From Patescibacteria group bacterium (GTDB lineage: Bacteria; Patescibacteriota; Patescibacteriia; UBA2591; UBA6264), in NCBI GenBank assembly GCA_028713575.1, contig JAQTOB010000008.1, positions 1 through 30,658 on the forward strand: a stretch of 30,658 nt of DNA, given 5' to 3'. Position numbers and translations under genes: made by a program. Below the pieces are notes generated by a model. It was given only the letters and a program-made list of their open reading frames with translations. It was not told where the DNA came from and ran no database searches. How positions within the stretch are numbered: position 1 is the stretch's first letter; each line of letters begins with the position of its first letter. Shown in pieces: positions 8,548 through 16,944 of the stretch.

Positions 8548-8596
8548 TAATTTCATTTGAAATTTAAATATAATTGTCGTTTCTTGCCTGGGGTCG

Positions 8597-8674
8597 GGGG
8601 TCTGACCCTATTTTTTTGGGTCGGGGTCTGGGGTCTGACCCTATTTTTTTGGGTCAGGGTCTGGGGTCTGACCC
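8597..8674. repeat. 3 x 33-bp tandem of the family B terminal hairpin (GGGGTCTGACCC + TATTTTTTTGGGTC...)
   Basis: Hairpins at 8598-8608, 8630-8641 and 8663-8674. Confidence 0.85.
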
Positions 8675-8745
8675 TATTTTTTAACCCTCTAAAATGCTTT
8701 ACTGATGCTGATTTTAGAGTGATTTTTCCAATTTGACGCGATTTT
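8663..8745 (-). repeat. Family B element (minus orientation) abutting the 3' end of the RAYT gene
   Basis: The reverse complement aligns with the plus-orientation copies: AAAATCGCGTCAAATTGGAAAAATCACTCTAAAAT...ATTTTAGAGGGTTAAAAAATAGGGTCAGACCCC. Confidence 0.8.
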
Positions 8746-8747
8746 AC

Positions 8748-9377
8748 TTAAATATATTTTTCGTTTTTTATAAATTTCGGTCTTTCTTCTTTTTTTGATT
8801 CTTCTTTTACAAATTCTAAATATTCTTGACGGAGTTTTTCAACACTTCCGTCTCCGCCTAATGATAAAAATTGTTCACCGTCTATCAAACTATCTTTAAA
8901 ATTCCCTTTAAAATAAAATTGATAACTGCTCCAGCGGTAATTCTCCGGATTTTTTGCTAAACCAGCGCGAACCGCATTGAGGTCAATATAGGCGCTAACC
9001 GTCCAAAAATAAGATTCAGTATCTATTAAAGAGGCATAAAATCTGTCTTGAAATAAATGGCCGGTCCGCTTATGTCTATAATTAAAATAACCCGCATAAC
9101 AACCATTGACATAATGCATAATCTTAGAAATGGGGACGTCTTTTGTTTCTATAAATAAATGGACGTGATTTGACAAAAAATTATAAGAATACAAATAAAA
9201 ATTGTACAATTTTTTTGCCTTTTTAATAATTGCCAGCAATTTTTTGTAATCGCGAGCTCCCCTAAAAATACGCTTCTGATTTATTCCCCGACAAACAATG
9301 TGGTATATTTTTTCAGGGGCAATAATTCTTTCTCTTAATTTTCTGGTCATTTTAAATAAAATTTTAAAATTAATCAA
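8748..9377 (-). CDS. REP-associated tyrosine transposase (RAYT, IS200-like Y1 transposase), apparently intact
   Basis: IYHIVCRGINQKRIF, HUH motif SNHVHLFIE, GHLFQDRFY, and a catalytic-Tyr region YIDLNAVRAGL. The first 9 codons of the ORF-track call lie inside a repeat copy, so the start is more likely the Met at 9350 (MTRKL...). Confidence 0.85.
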   Translation of the reverse strand: MINFKILFKMTRKLRERIIAPEKIYHIVCRGINQKRIFRGARDYKKLLAIIKKAKKLYNFYLYSYNFLSNHVHLFIETKDVPISKIMHYVNGCYAGYFNYRHKRTGHLFQDRFYASLIDTESYFWTVSAYIDLNAVRAGLAKNPENYRWSSYQFYFKGNFKDSLIDGEQFLSLGGDGSVEKLRQEYLEFVKEESKKEERPKFIKNEKYI

Positions 9378-9578
9378 AATCGTGCCAAATTGAAATTTTT
9401 GCTCTATAAGTCTTTATTGGTGCGTGTTTCAGAAGGGACGTTCATGGGGTCAGACCCCATCCTTCAAATGTTAAATAAAATTTTAAAATTAATCAAAATC
9501 GTGCCAAATTGAAATTTTTGCTCTATAAGTCTTTATTGGTGCGTGTTTCAGAAGGGACGTTCATGGGGTCAGACCCCA
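9352..9578 (+). repeat. Two tandem family B elements (period 119 bp)
   Basis: 9352-9459 and 9471-9578 are near identical, with terminal hairpins at 9446-9458 and 9565-9577. They are followed by three CCCCATTATATTT mini-repeats (9574-9619). Confidence 0.9.
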
Positions 9579-9594
9579 TTATATTTAGACCCCA

Positions 9595-10482
9595 TTATAT
9601 TTCAGGCCCCATTATATTTCTCCAGAATTGGGCTTTTTCTTGGTCGCCTTTTTCCTGGTAAAGAAGAGAAAGAGCTAATGACCAAGCAGGGTCTTTGGGT
9701 CTTAAAATATAGCCGTGAAAATTCTTTTCAATCGCCTTATCAAGGTCGCCTTGCAAATAATAAAGGTCACCGATTTTTTTCCAAATTTCCGGACGGGCTA
9801 AAGGAAAAAATTTTAAAGCCTGTAAATACATTGTCTCGGCTTTGGCATAATTTTCTAAATTAGCATAAATTTCTCCCAAGTAAACATAAACTTCAGCCAT
9901 TTCCGCTGTCACTAGTTGATAATGTTCTTGATTCATTTGCGGATGGTCTAATGACGGATATAGATAAAACGCTTTTCTACACATTTCTTTGGCTCGCTCC
10001 CACTCTTTTTGATAAATTCTTAATTGGCACCAATCCGCATAAACCCGGGCCATTCGCGGTGCCATAACAGCGGCTTTGGCAAAAATTTCTTCCGTTTGTA
10101 AAAAATCATTTTCATTTTGAGTCAAACGCGATTTTTGCGACCAAAGACGAGCCAAATAAATCATTATGGTGTAATCTTTTTCCTTAATTTTTTCCATTTG
10201 ATTGATGGCTAAATCTAAAATTTTAATTTTTGTTTCGTCATTTTTATAAAACTGCAAGCCCCACTCCAAATCAAGAGCAAATTTTTGGTGATAAAACGGC
10301 TCCTGAGACTGGAAGAAAAAAACTTTTTGGTAATTAGCTAAAACTTCAGGCCAGTCTTCAGTCAAAAGGGTGCGGTTATAATAATAATCGGCTAAAAGCA
10401 TTTTAAAATCAAATAAAAAAAGAAACAAAAACAAAAAAGCAAGCAACAAAATTGTTAAAAAAATTTTTATTGATAAACGCAT
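9595..10482 (-). CDS. TPR-repeat protein with an N-terminal membrane anchor
   Basis: N-terminal LTILLLAFLFLFLFLF, and repeated Ala/Tyr/Leu TPR-like helices (YLGEIYANLENYAKAETMYLQALKFFP, GDLYYLQGDLDKAIEKNFHGYILRP). Confidence 0.7.
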   Translation of the reverse strand: MRLSIKIFLTILLLAFLFLFLFLFDFKMLLADYYYNRTLLTEDWPEVLANYQKVFFFQSQEPFYHQKFALDLEWGLQFYKNDETKIKILDLAINQMEKIKEKDYTIMIYLARLWSQKSRLTQNENDFLQTEEIFAKAAVMAPRMARVYADWCQLRIYQKEWERAKEMCRKAFYLYPSLDHPQMNQEHYQLVTAEMAEVYVYLGEIYANLENYAKAETMYLQALKFFPLARPEIWKKIGDLYYLQGDLDKAIEKNFHGYILRPKDPAWSLALSLLYQEKGDQEKAQFWRNIMGPEI

Positions 10483-10721
10483 AAATCAAACTTAAATTCC
10501 AATCTCCAAATTCCAAATAACAAACAAATTCTAATGACCAAAATCCAAAATACTAAATAACTTGACCTCCGTTTTGAATTCGGAATTTAGGATAAGGAAA
10601 ATGGCTGTGAGGAAAATAGAAAATAGTAATAGAAAGTAGAAAATAGAAAGTGAATAATATCAAAATCCTAATTTCCAATGACAAACCAAATCCAAAATCC
10701 AAATCCTCATTTGACATTTAG

Positions 10722-12209
10722 TCATTTGACATTGATTTGACATTTAGCATTTGGGCTTTGGTATTGTTTGTCCCGCGGAGCGGGATCCCGCATAGCATAG
10801 ATAATTTGTGATTTGGGATTTATTATTTTTAAAACAATCGCCAGATATCCCCAAAAATAAATAGCCGTAGCGATGATATGAAAGGAAAACTGTAAAGAAA
10901 ACAAATAACCGAGCAATCCTGTCAACAAAACCAAAACAAGTGTTTGAGTTTTTAAACAATCAGGTGTTTGGGGGTTTTTAAAAATAAATTTTAATCCCAA
11001 CCAAAAAACATTAAAAAACAAAAATAAATAAGCTAATAAACCAAAAATCCCGGCATTTAAAAGCATATCTAAAAAATCATTGTGCGCCCGGTCCGGCACT
11101 TGGTTTATCCCTTCCAAAGCGGCGCAATCTGGCTGATAGTAACGAGGAGAATTTAAATTTAATGTTTCTAGTCCATACCCCAACCAGGGTCTTTGCTTGA
11201 TTAAATCAAAACTGTTTTTCCACCAAAAAAATCTTAACTGGCCAGTAGATAATAAATTGCTAAATGTTTTTAATCTGACTGATAAAAAGTTTTCGTTTTC
11301 TTTGACCGACAAAGGATGTAAATTCAAAATTATTAAAAAAATTATTGAGAGAACAAAAAAGGAAAGAAAAACGACTGATAACTTCTTTTTCTTTTTAAGC
11401 CAAGAAAAGGCAATGATGAAAAAGAAAAACATTAAAACAAAGGCCAGCCAAGCGCTTCTGCTTTGCGTAAAAACTAAAATTAACAAAGTTAAAATAGATA
11501 GACTAACAAATGCCGGTCGAAAAAATATTTGTTTTAAAGATTGGGGCTTTTTGGCTTGAAGAATTATAAGAAAAATAATTGGCAAAACCAACAAAAGCCA
11601 AGAAGCAAAAAAATTCGGCTGGCCGAAAGTGGAAAAAACGCGGTAGCCGAGGGAGGGAGATTCCGACCAGCGAAAAAAATCCAAACCCAATATCTGTAAA
11701 AATCCGTAAATGACCGCTACGGCGGCCGTGATGATAATTGTATGAAAAATGCGTTGGATTTGCTTTTTACTTTTTAAATTAAAAAATAAAATTAAAAAGA
11801 AAATAAAAAAATGGAGCCACATCAAATAGCCCATTTTTCGGGCGTAATAGCCCCAAAAACTGTAATAAAACGATTGGGAAAAAATCGTCGCCAAGCCGAG
11901 AATAAAAATAAAAACAAGGGCGGGAAGAACATATTTCAGGCACTTAGTCCGCCAGTTGGCAGATTGAATACTTGGTCCGCCAGTTGGCGAATTGGGTGCT
12001 AAAATAGTCTTAACTAGCCAGAAAAAAAAGATTATTTTCACCAGGGTCTGAAACAAAAAACTGCCGGAAATCTGCCAGGTGCCGTAGACGACCGGAACAA
12101 AAAATAACGGGGTCAGAAAAAAAATCATCAGCCAGCCGACTTCTATCAACAAATCAATCAATTTTAAAATCTTCTCCTTCATATTAAGAATAATAACAAA
12201 AATTCGCAA
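10722..12209 (-). CDS. O-antigen ligase-like (Wzy_C domain) polytopic membrane protein
   Basis: More than 10 hydrophobic segments, FTQSRSAWLAFVLMF, and a periplasmic-loop RAHNDFLDMLLNAGIFGLLAYLF motif typical of the WaaL/PglL/TfpO family. Confidence 0.8.
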   Translation of the reverse strand: MRIFVIILNMKEKILKLIDLLIEVGWLMIFFLTPLFFVPVVYGTWQISGSFLFQTLVKIIFFFWLVKTILAPNSPTGGPSIQSANWRTKCLKYVLPALVFIFILGLATIFSQSFYYSFWGYYARKMGYLMWLHFFIFFLILFFNLKSKKQIQRIFHTIIITAAVAVIYGFLQILGLDFFRWSESPSLGYRVFSTFGQPNFFASWLLLVLPIIFLIILQAKKPQSLKQIFFRPAFVSLSILTLLILVFTQSRSAWLAFVLMFFFFIIAFSWLKKKKKLSVVFLSFFVLSIIFLIILNLHPLSVKENENFLSVRLKTFSNLLSTGQLRFFWWKNSFDLIKQRPWLGYGLETLNLNSPRYYQPDCAALEGINQVPDRAHNDFLDMLLNAGIFGLLAYLFLFFNVFWLGLKFIFKNPQTPDCLKTQTLVLVLLTGLLGYLFSLQFSFHIIATAIYFWGYLAIVLKIINPKSQIIYAMRDPAPRDKQYQSPNAKCQINVK

Positions 12210-12340
12210 AATAATCCATTACAAATTAATAAAAACTGAATTAAAATTCAACTCGGGTCATTAAAATTTCTTGTCCTGAAGTATAACCAAATTGTCTCAA
12301 GAAAATTTTAACCGTTGATTTAAAAATTTTTTAGAAAAAT

Positions 12341-12436
12341 TAAAAATCGGTCAAAATCACGCCAAATTGAAATTTTTGCTCTATAACCCTTTGTTGATAG
12401 GAATTTTAGAAGGGATGTTTAGGGGGTCAGACCCCA
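12341..12436 (+). repeat. Family B element
   Basis: AAAATCACGCCAAATTGAAATTTTTGCTCTATAA...TTTTAGAAGGGATGTTTAGGGGGTCAGACCCC, with the hairpin at 12423-12435. Confidence 0.85.
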
Positions 12437-12446
12437 GTAAAATATG

Positions 12447-12471
12447 AAAAATCCGCTTAATGCGGATTTTT
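12447..12471 (-). terminator. Intrinsic terminator downstream of the major pilin gene (bidirectional hairpin)
   Basis: AAAAATCCGC-TTAAT-GCGGATTTTT is a 10-bp stem flanked by A/T runs on both strands, 60 nt after the pilin stop codon. Confidence 0.75.
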
Positions 12472-12530
12472 CCTCTTTAAATAATTTAAAATATTTTAAA
12501 TTTTTTGTTCTATAACTTATTCTAATCTTA

Positions 12531-13022
12531 TTACCAAGTGGTGTCGTCGACCAGACCGGCCGGCGTGGCGGTGTGTTTACCGGCCGCCACATCACCGATT
12601 ACTCCGCCTAAACAATAGTGAATCTGATAAGTAAGATTTGGGGCACTAGTTGACAGCGTTACATATGTATAAACCGTGTTGGGACAATCACCGTCTGCTC
12701 TCGGTTGGGGATTTTCCGGCACCACGGCCATATAAGTTGTTCCTGAACAGGCATCAGTGGCAAAGCCGTCATCTGAGTCCAAGCACACTCCACCAATGGT
12801 ATTGTCTCCCGCCACTTTAATATCCGGATATTCGTTGTTATCCAAATAATACAATTCCAAAGCGGTTTGAATTTGTTTAATGTCCGCGACCCGGCGGGCG
12901 TCTCTAGCTCTGGCTCTGGCTTGATTAAGGGCGACCACGGCTAAAGCGGAGAGTAAACCCATAATCGCCACCACAACTAAAAGTTCAATTAAAGTAAAGC
13001 CTTTTTTCTTTTTTGTATTCAT
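12531..13022 (-). CDS. Type IV major pilin / GspG-like pseudopilin
   Basis: MNTKKKKG-FTLIELLVVVAIMGLLSALAVVALNQARARARDARRVADIKQIQTALELYY is a textbook class III signal peptide plus N-terminal helix. The C-terminal domain is noticeably more GC-rich than its surroundings. Confidence 0.9.
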   Translation of the reverse strand: MNTKKKKGFTLIELLVVVAIMGLLSALAVVALNQARARARDARRVADIKQIQTALELYYLDNNEYPDIKVAGDNTIGGVCLDSDDGFATDACSGTTYMAVVPENPQPRADGDCPNTVYTYVTLSTSAPNLTYQIHYCLGGVIGDVAAGKHTATPAGLVDDTTW

Positions 13023-13048
13023 GGGAATTTTTTTAAAAATATTTAATT

Positions 13049-13076
13049 ATTCTATTATGTCCTCAGTATATCACAA
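13049..13076 (-). promoter_or_regulatory. Candidate sigma70-type promoter for the major pilin gene
   Basis: The minus strand reads TTGTGA-N16-TAGAAT, ending about 27 nt upstream of the ATG. This is a motif match only. Confidence 0.25.
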
Positions 13077-13197
13077 ATTGAAAAAAATATCTGTGGATAA
13101 CTTTATTTATCAAGGTCCGACCTTAAAAGGGTTAGACATCGGGGAAAAGGGGGACTTGTCTTTATTAATTTTTTTGCTAAAATACTATGGTTGAATT

Positions 13198-14631
13198 ATG
13201 ATAAAAAAACAAATCAATTTAATGGCTGAAGGCGAATTACCGAGAGTGGTAGTTAAGCAAAAAAATGTGTCTAATTTGAAAAAAAAACATTGGGTCTTTA
13301 GACTCTTGGTTTTTATTTTAGTAATAATTGCTTTATTCTCAACTAATGTTATTTTTTCTAAAAATAGCTTAATCACCAATTTAGGTCGCTTGTCTTTTTG
13401 GGAAGGAGTGACTCGTTTGATGATTGGCAAGGATAAAATTTTAAAAGGCGAGATATTTGACCGCATCAATATTTTAATTTTAGGCATGGGTGGCGCGGCC
13501 CATGAAGGTCCTTATTTAACAGACACTATTATTTTAGCCAGCCTTAAGCCCTCCGCTCATCAAGTCGGACTTTTATCAATCCCGCGCGATCTTTATGTGC
13601 CCATTCCCAATTATGGCTGGCGGAAAATAAACTCGGCTAATGCTTTGGGCGTAGCGGCATCAAAAGACGGCGGGCTGTTAACCAGTCAAGTGGTCAGCAA
13701 TATTTTTGACACTTCTGTCCATTATTGGATTAGAGTTGATTTTAAACTCTTTAAAGACATTATTAATGAATTAGGGGGCATTGAAGTAGAAGTGGAAAAA
13801 TCATTTGTTGATTATCAATTTCCTGACGCAAATTTTTCTTATAGAACAATAAGCTTTGAAAAGGGCTGGCAAACTATGGACGGAGAAACGGCCCTTCAAT
13901 TCGCCCGCTCCCGGCACGGAACCAATGGCGAAAATTCTGACTTTGCTCGAGCCAAAAGACAACAAAAAATTATTTTTGCCATTAAAAAAAAATTAACTGA
14001 AGAAAATGTTTTATCTCAGCCAAGAAAAATTTTAAGCATTTATAACAGTTTGCAAAATAATTTCAGCAGCAATCTTGATTTCAGCCAAGCTATCCGCTTG
14101 GTTAAAATCGTACTGGAAGTAAATTTTGAAAACATTATTACCAAAATTATTGAAGCTGAGCCGAACGGACCATTAATTTCAGAAATCAATTCCAATGGCG
14201 CGTTTGTTTTAAAAACCAAAACCGGCGATTTTAAAGAATTGGCCGATTTGGCAAAAAATCTTTTAGAGCCGACCATTGAAGCCCCTCTTTTTGGACAAAG
14301 GGCCGCCGGTTTAACCGAAGAACCAGTTGCTTTGATAAAACAAAAATCCAAATTGATTATTTTAAACGGCACTTATATTCCCGGTTTGGCTCAAGAGGCA
14401 AAAGAAAAATTATCCTTATCTGAATTTGAAATAGTCCAGGTTGGTAACGCATCAACAAGGAATTATAAAAAAAACATCGTATATCCGATTAAAGAAAATT
14501 TTGACCAAGAACATTTGACAAATCTTTGCCAAATAATCAATGGCGAAACAGAACAATTATTAGATAAAGATTTAAAAAATATATTTGACCAACGAGCCGA
14601 TTTTTTAATTATTTTAGGAGATAATTACTAA
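13198..14631 (+). CDS. LytR-CpsA-Psr (LCP) family protein with a C-terminal LytR_C-like extension
   Basis: N-terminal TM segment, INILILGMGG...LTDTIILASL...LLSIPRDLYV...ALQFARSRHG...DFARAKRQQKII. Confidence 0.85.
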   Translation: MIKKQINLMAEGELPRVVVKQKNVSNLKKKHWVFRLLVFILVIIALFSTNVIFSKNSLITNLGRLSFWEGVTRLMIGKDKILKGEIFDRINILILGMGGAAHEGPYLTDTIILASLKPSAHQVGLLSIPRDLYVPIPNYGWRKINSANALGVAASKDGGLLTSQVVSNIFDTSVHYWIRVDFKLFKDIINELGGIEVEVEKSFVDYQFPDANFSYRTISFEKGWQTMDGETALQFARSRHGTNGENSDFARAKRQQKIIFAIKKKLTEENVLSQPRKILSIYNSLQNNFSSNLDFSQAIRLVKIVLEVNFENIITKIIEAEPNGPLISEINSNGAFVLKTKTGDFKELADLAKNLLEPTIEAPLFGQRAAGLTEEPVALIKQKSKLIILNGTYIPGLAQEAKEKLSLSEFEIVQVGNASTRNYKKNIVYPIKENFDQEHLTNLCQIINGETEQLLDKDLKNIFDQRADFLIILGDNY

Positions 14632-14644
14632 AAAATTAAAAAAC

Positions 14645-16030
14645 ATGGAAACGCAGAATCACAAAAACGAAAAAAAAGCAAAATATCTTTTCAAAGGGGC
14701 TGACCTCGCCGAAAATCAGACCCCCAAAATCGCCCTTATTGGACAAGTAAACACGGGCAAATCAACTTTGTTTAATCGCTTAATTTCTGAATCAAAAGCG
14801 ATTATCTCTTCTGTTCCCGGAACAACGCGCGACCGCCAATACGGCATTTGTTCCTGGCGAAGTTATAATTTTACAATCATTGACACCGGCGGGGTTGAAG
14901 AAAATAAACCAAAAAATGAATTAGAAAAAGCAATTAAAAAACAAATTAAAGAAGCTTTGAAAGAAGCGAATTTTATTTTTTTCTTAATAGAGGCCCGACT
15001 GCCCGAAGACGACTTTGGCCCAGCTTTTTCCGGTTTTGAAAGAGAAATCAGCCGATTAATAAAAAAAACAAAAAAACCTTGTTTTTTAATTTTAAACAAA
15101 GCGGATAATTTGCAAAAAATGAAATGGGCTTTAAGTCTGACTTGGCAAAAACTTGGATTAGGAAAAGCCTACCCCATTTCCGCCACCACTGGTTCCGGCG
15201 TAGGCGACCTTTTAGATGAATTGTTAAAAATGCCCTGGGAATTTAAAAAATCGGATTCTCAATTCTTGGAAAAAACAATTAAAGTGGCGATTATCGGTCG
15301 GCCCAATGTGGGAAAGTCAACTTTATTAAACGCTCTCTTGGGAAAAGAAAAGGCCATTGTTTCCAACCAACCGCACACCACGCGCGGACCGCAAGATACT
15401 TTGGTTTATTATAAAAAAAAACCTTTTCTTTTAATTGATACTGCCGGCATCAGACAAAAAAGAAAAATCAGTGATTTTTTGGAAAAAATCGGAGTGCAAA
15501 AATCTTTAAAAATGATTCAAAAATCCGATGTTGTTTTAATGGTTATTGATGTTACGCAAACGATTGGCCATCAAGACAAGGCCTTGCTTGACTTAATTAT
15601 AAAAAGCAGAAAAGCCCTGATTATAATCCTAAACAAGTGCGATTTGGAAAAAGCCTATCAACCGAGAATCAATTTAGCCAACTGGGCGCCGTGCCTTTTA
15701 ATTTCTGCAAAAAATAAGAAAAACGTAGAAGAAATTTTCCCCCTGATAGAACAGGTGAAAAAAAATCATTTTTCAATTTTCAGTGAAGATGAATTGTCTA
15801 ATTTTTTAAAACAAACGATAATAAAATTCAATTGGAATGAAAAAATCTGGCAGAGAATTGAATTAAAACAGGCCGGCACTCAACCGCCAAAATTTATTCT
15901 CAAAATACCAAGAGTATTCGCTCGAAGAAAGCTCGTACCCCAGGCACAAATAAATATTTTGAAAAAAGAATTAAGAAAAAATTGGGCCCTGGAGGGAACG
16001 CCCATAGATATCAAAACATTAAAACAATAA
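14645..16030 (+). CDS. der: Ribosome-associated GTPase Der (EngA)
   Basis: Two tandem G domains (GQVNTGKSTLFNRL...DTGG...NKAD and GRPNVGKSTLLNAL...DTAG...NKCD) plus a C-terminal KH-like domain. Confidence 0.93.
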   Translation: METQNHKNEKKAKYLFKGADLAENQTPKIALIGQVNTGKSTLFNRLISESKAIISSVPGTTRDRQYGICSWRSYNFTIIDTGGVEENKPKNELEKAIKKQIKEALKEANFIFFLIEARLPEDDFGPAFSGFEREISRLIKKTKKPCFLILNKADNLQKMKWALSLTWQKLGLGKAYPISATTGSGVGDLLDELLKMPWEFKKSDSQFLEKTIKVAIIGRPNVGKSTLLNALLGKEKAIVSNQPHTTRGPQDTLVYYKKKPFLLIDTAGIRQKRKISDFLEKIGVQKSLKMIQKSDVVLMVIDVTQTIGHQDKALLDLIIKSRKALIIILNKCDLEKAYQPRINLANWAPCLLISAKNKKNVEEIFPLIEQVKKNHFSIFSEDELSNFLKQTIIKFNWNEKIWQRIELKQAGTQPPKFILKIPRVFARRKLVPQAQINILKKELRKNWALEGTPIDIKTLKQ

Positions 16031-16034
16031 AAAT

Positions 16035-16595
16035 ATGATTTTAATTGTCGGATTAGGAAATCCGGATAAAAAATATGAAAAAACCCGCCATAATGTTGGC
16101 TGGTTGATGGCTGATGAGTTAATAAAAAAAGAAAAATGGCAAAAAGACAAAAAGGCCGATTGTTTTTATTTTAAAAAAGAATTAGCTAATCAAGAAATAA
16201 TTATTATCAAGCCTTTAGCCTTTATGAATAATTCCGGACAAGCGGTTCAAATCATTCAAAAAAAACATAAAATTAAAACAGAAAATATTATTATTATTCA
16301 CGACGATATTGATATTTCTTTGGGCAAAATAAAAATCGGGCAAAACCATTCCAGCGCCGGACATAAAGGTGTGCAATCAGTTATTGATCATTTAAAAACA
16401 AAAAATTTTGTCAGAGTCAGAGTCGGCATCAAACCAGCGAATGAACTAAAAATTCCCGCGGAAAAATTCGTCTTAAAAAATTTTTCTAAAAAAGAAAAGG
16501 AAATGCTTAAAAAAGTATTAAAAATTATCCCCGAAGCAATTGAAATAATTTTAAAAGAAGGAATTAATCGCGCCATGAGTAGATATAATCATTAG
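16035..16595 (+). CDS. pth: Peptidyl-tRNA hydrolase
   Basis: ILIVGLGNPDKKYEKTRHNVGW...MNNSGQAV...IIHDDIDI...GHKGVQS. Confidence 0.93.
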   Translation: MILIVGLGNPDKKYEKTRHNVGWLMADELIKKEKWQKDKKADCFYFKKELANQEIIIIKPLAFMNNSGQAVQIIQKKHKIKTENIIIIHDDIDISLGKIKIGQNHSSAGHKGVQSVIDHLKTKNFVRVRVGIKPANELKIPAEKFVLKNFSKKEKEMLKKVLKIIPEAIEIILKEGINRAMSRYNH

Positions 16596-16636
16596 AAAAA
16601 ATATTGATGGGGGCGCACCTCATCGGCATCACTTAT

Positions 16637-16880
16637 CAGTAAATCCCAATCCTCGCAAAAATTGATCAAAATCACACCAAATTTGAATTTTCGTTCTGTA
16701 AGTCTTTATTGGTGCGGATTTCAGAAGGGGTGTTCATGGGGTCAGACCCCAGACTCCAAGACCAGTAAATCCCAATCCTCGCAAAAATTGATCAAAATCA
16801 CGCCAAATTTGAATTTTCGTTCTGTAAGTCTTTATTAGTGCGGATTTCAGAAGGGGTGTTCATGGGGTCAGACCCCAGAC
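16637..16880 (+). repeat. Two tandem family B elements (period about 125 bp)
   Basis: 16637-16754 and 16762-16880, each starting CAGTAAATCCCAATCCTCGCAAAAATTGATCAAAATCAC... Hairpins at 16738-16750 and 16864-16876. Confidence 0.9.
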
Positions 16881-16889
16881 CTAAAAGAA

Positions 16890-16912
16890 AAAAGCCCTGC
16901 GAGAGGGCTTTT
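16890..16912. terminator. Bidirectional intrinsic terminator between pth and the convergent lipoprotein gene
   Basis: AAAAGCCCT-GCGAG-AGGGCTTTT with A/T runs on both sides. Confidence 0.7.
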
Positions 16913-16944
16913 TATGTCTGGACACCCACCGAGGGTATCCAAAA

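Larger units (their letters stand above)
8663..9459 (-). mobile_element. RAYT gene bracketed by inverted family B elements (REPIN/RAYT-like or IS200-like unit)
   Basis: The left copy is in minus orientation and the right copy in plus orientation, with the GGGGTCWGACCCC hairpins distal on both sides. Confidence 0.6.

Noticed and set aside
9446-9500. A short peptide gene inside family B on the reverse strand (ATGAACGTCCCTTCTGAA..., MNVPSETRTNKDL*)
   Set aside because: The ATG and the reading frame are not conserved among copies. For example, the 28.3-kb copy has ATAAAC instead of ATGAAC, and the stops differ.
8471-9619. Family B copies here and at 12.3, 16.7, 26.0, 28.3 and 29.5 kb as a CRISPR-like or spaced repeat array
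   Set aside because: The copies are ~100 nt long, irregularly dispersed over 21 kb, and diverged by up to ~30 percent. Where they are tandem, the intervening sequence is duplicated rather than unique.
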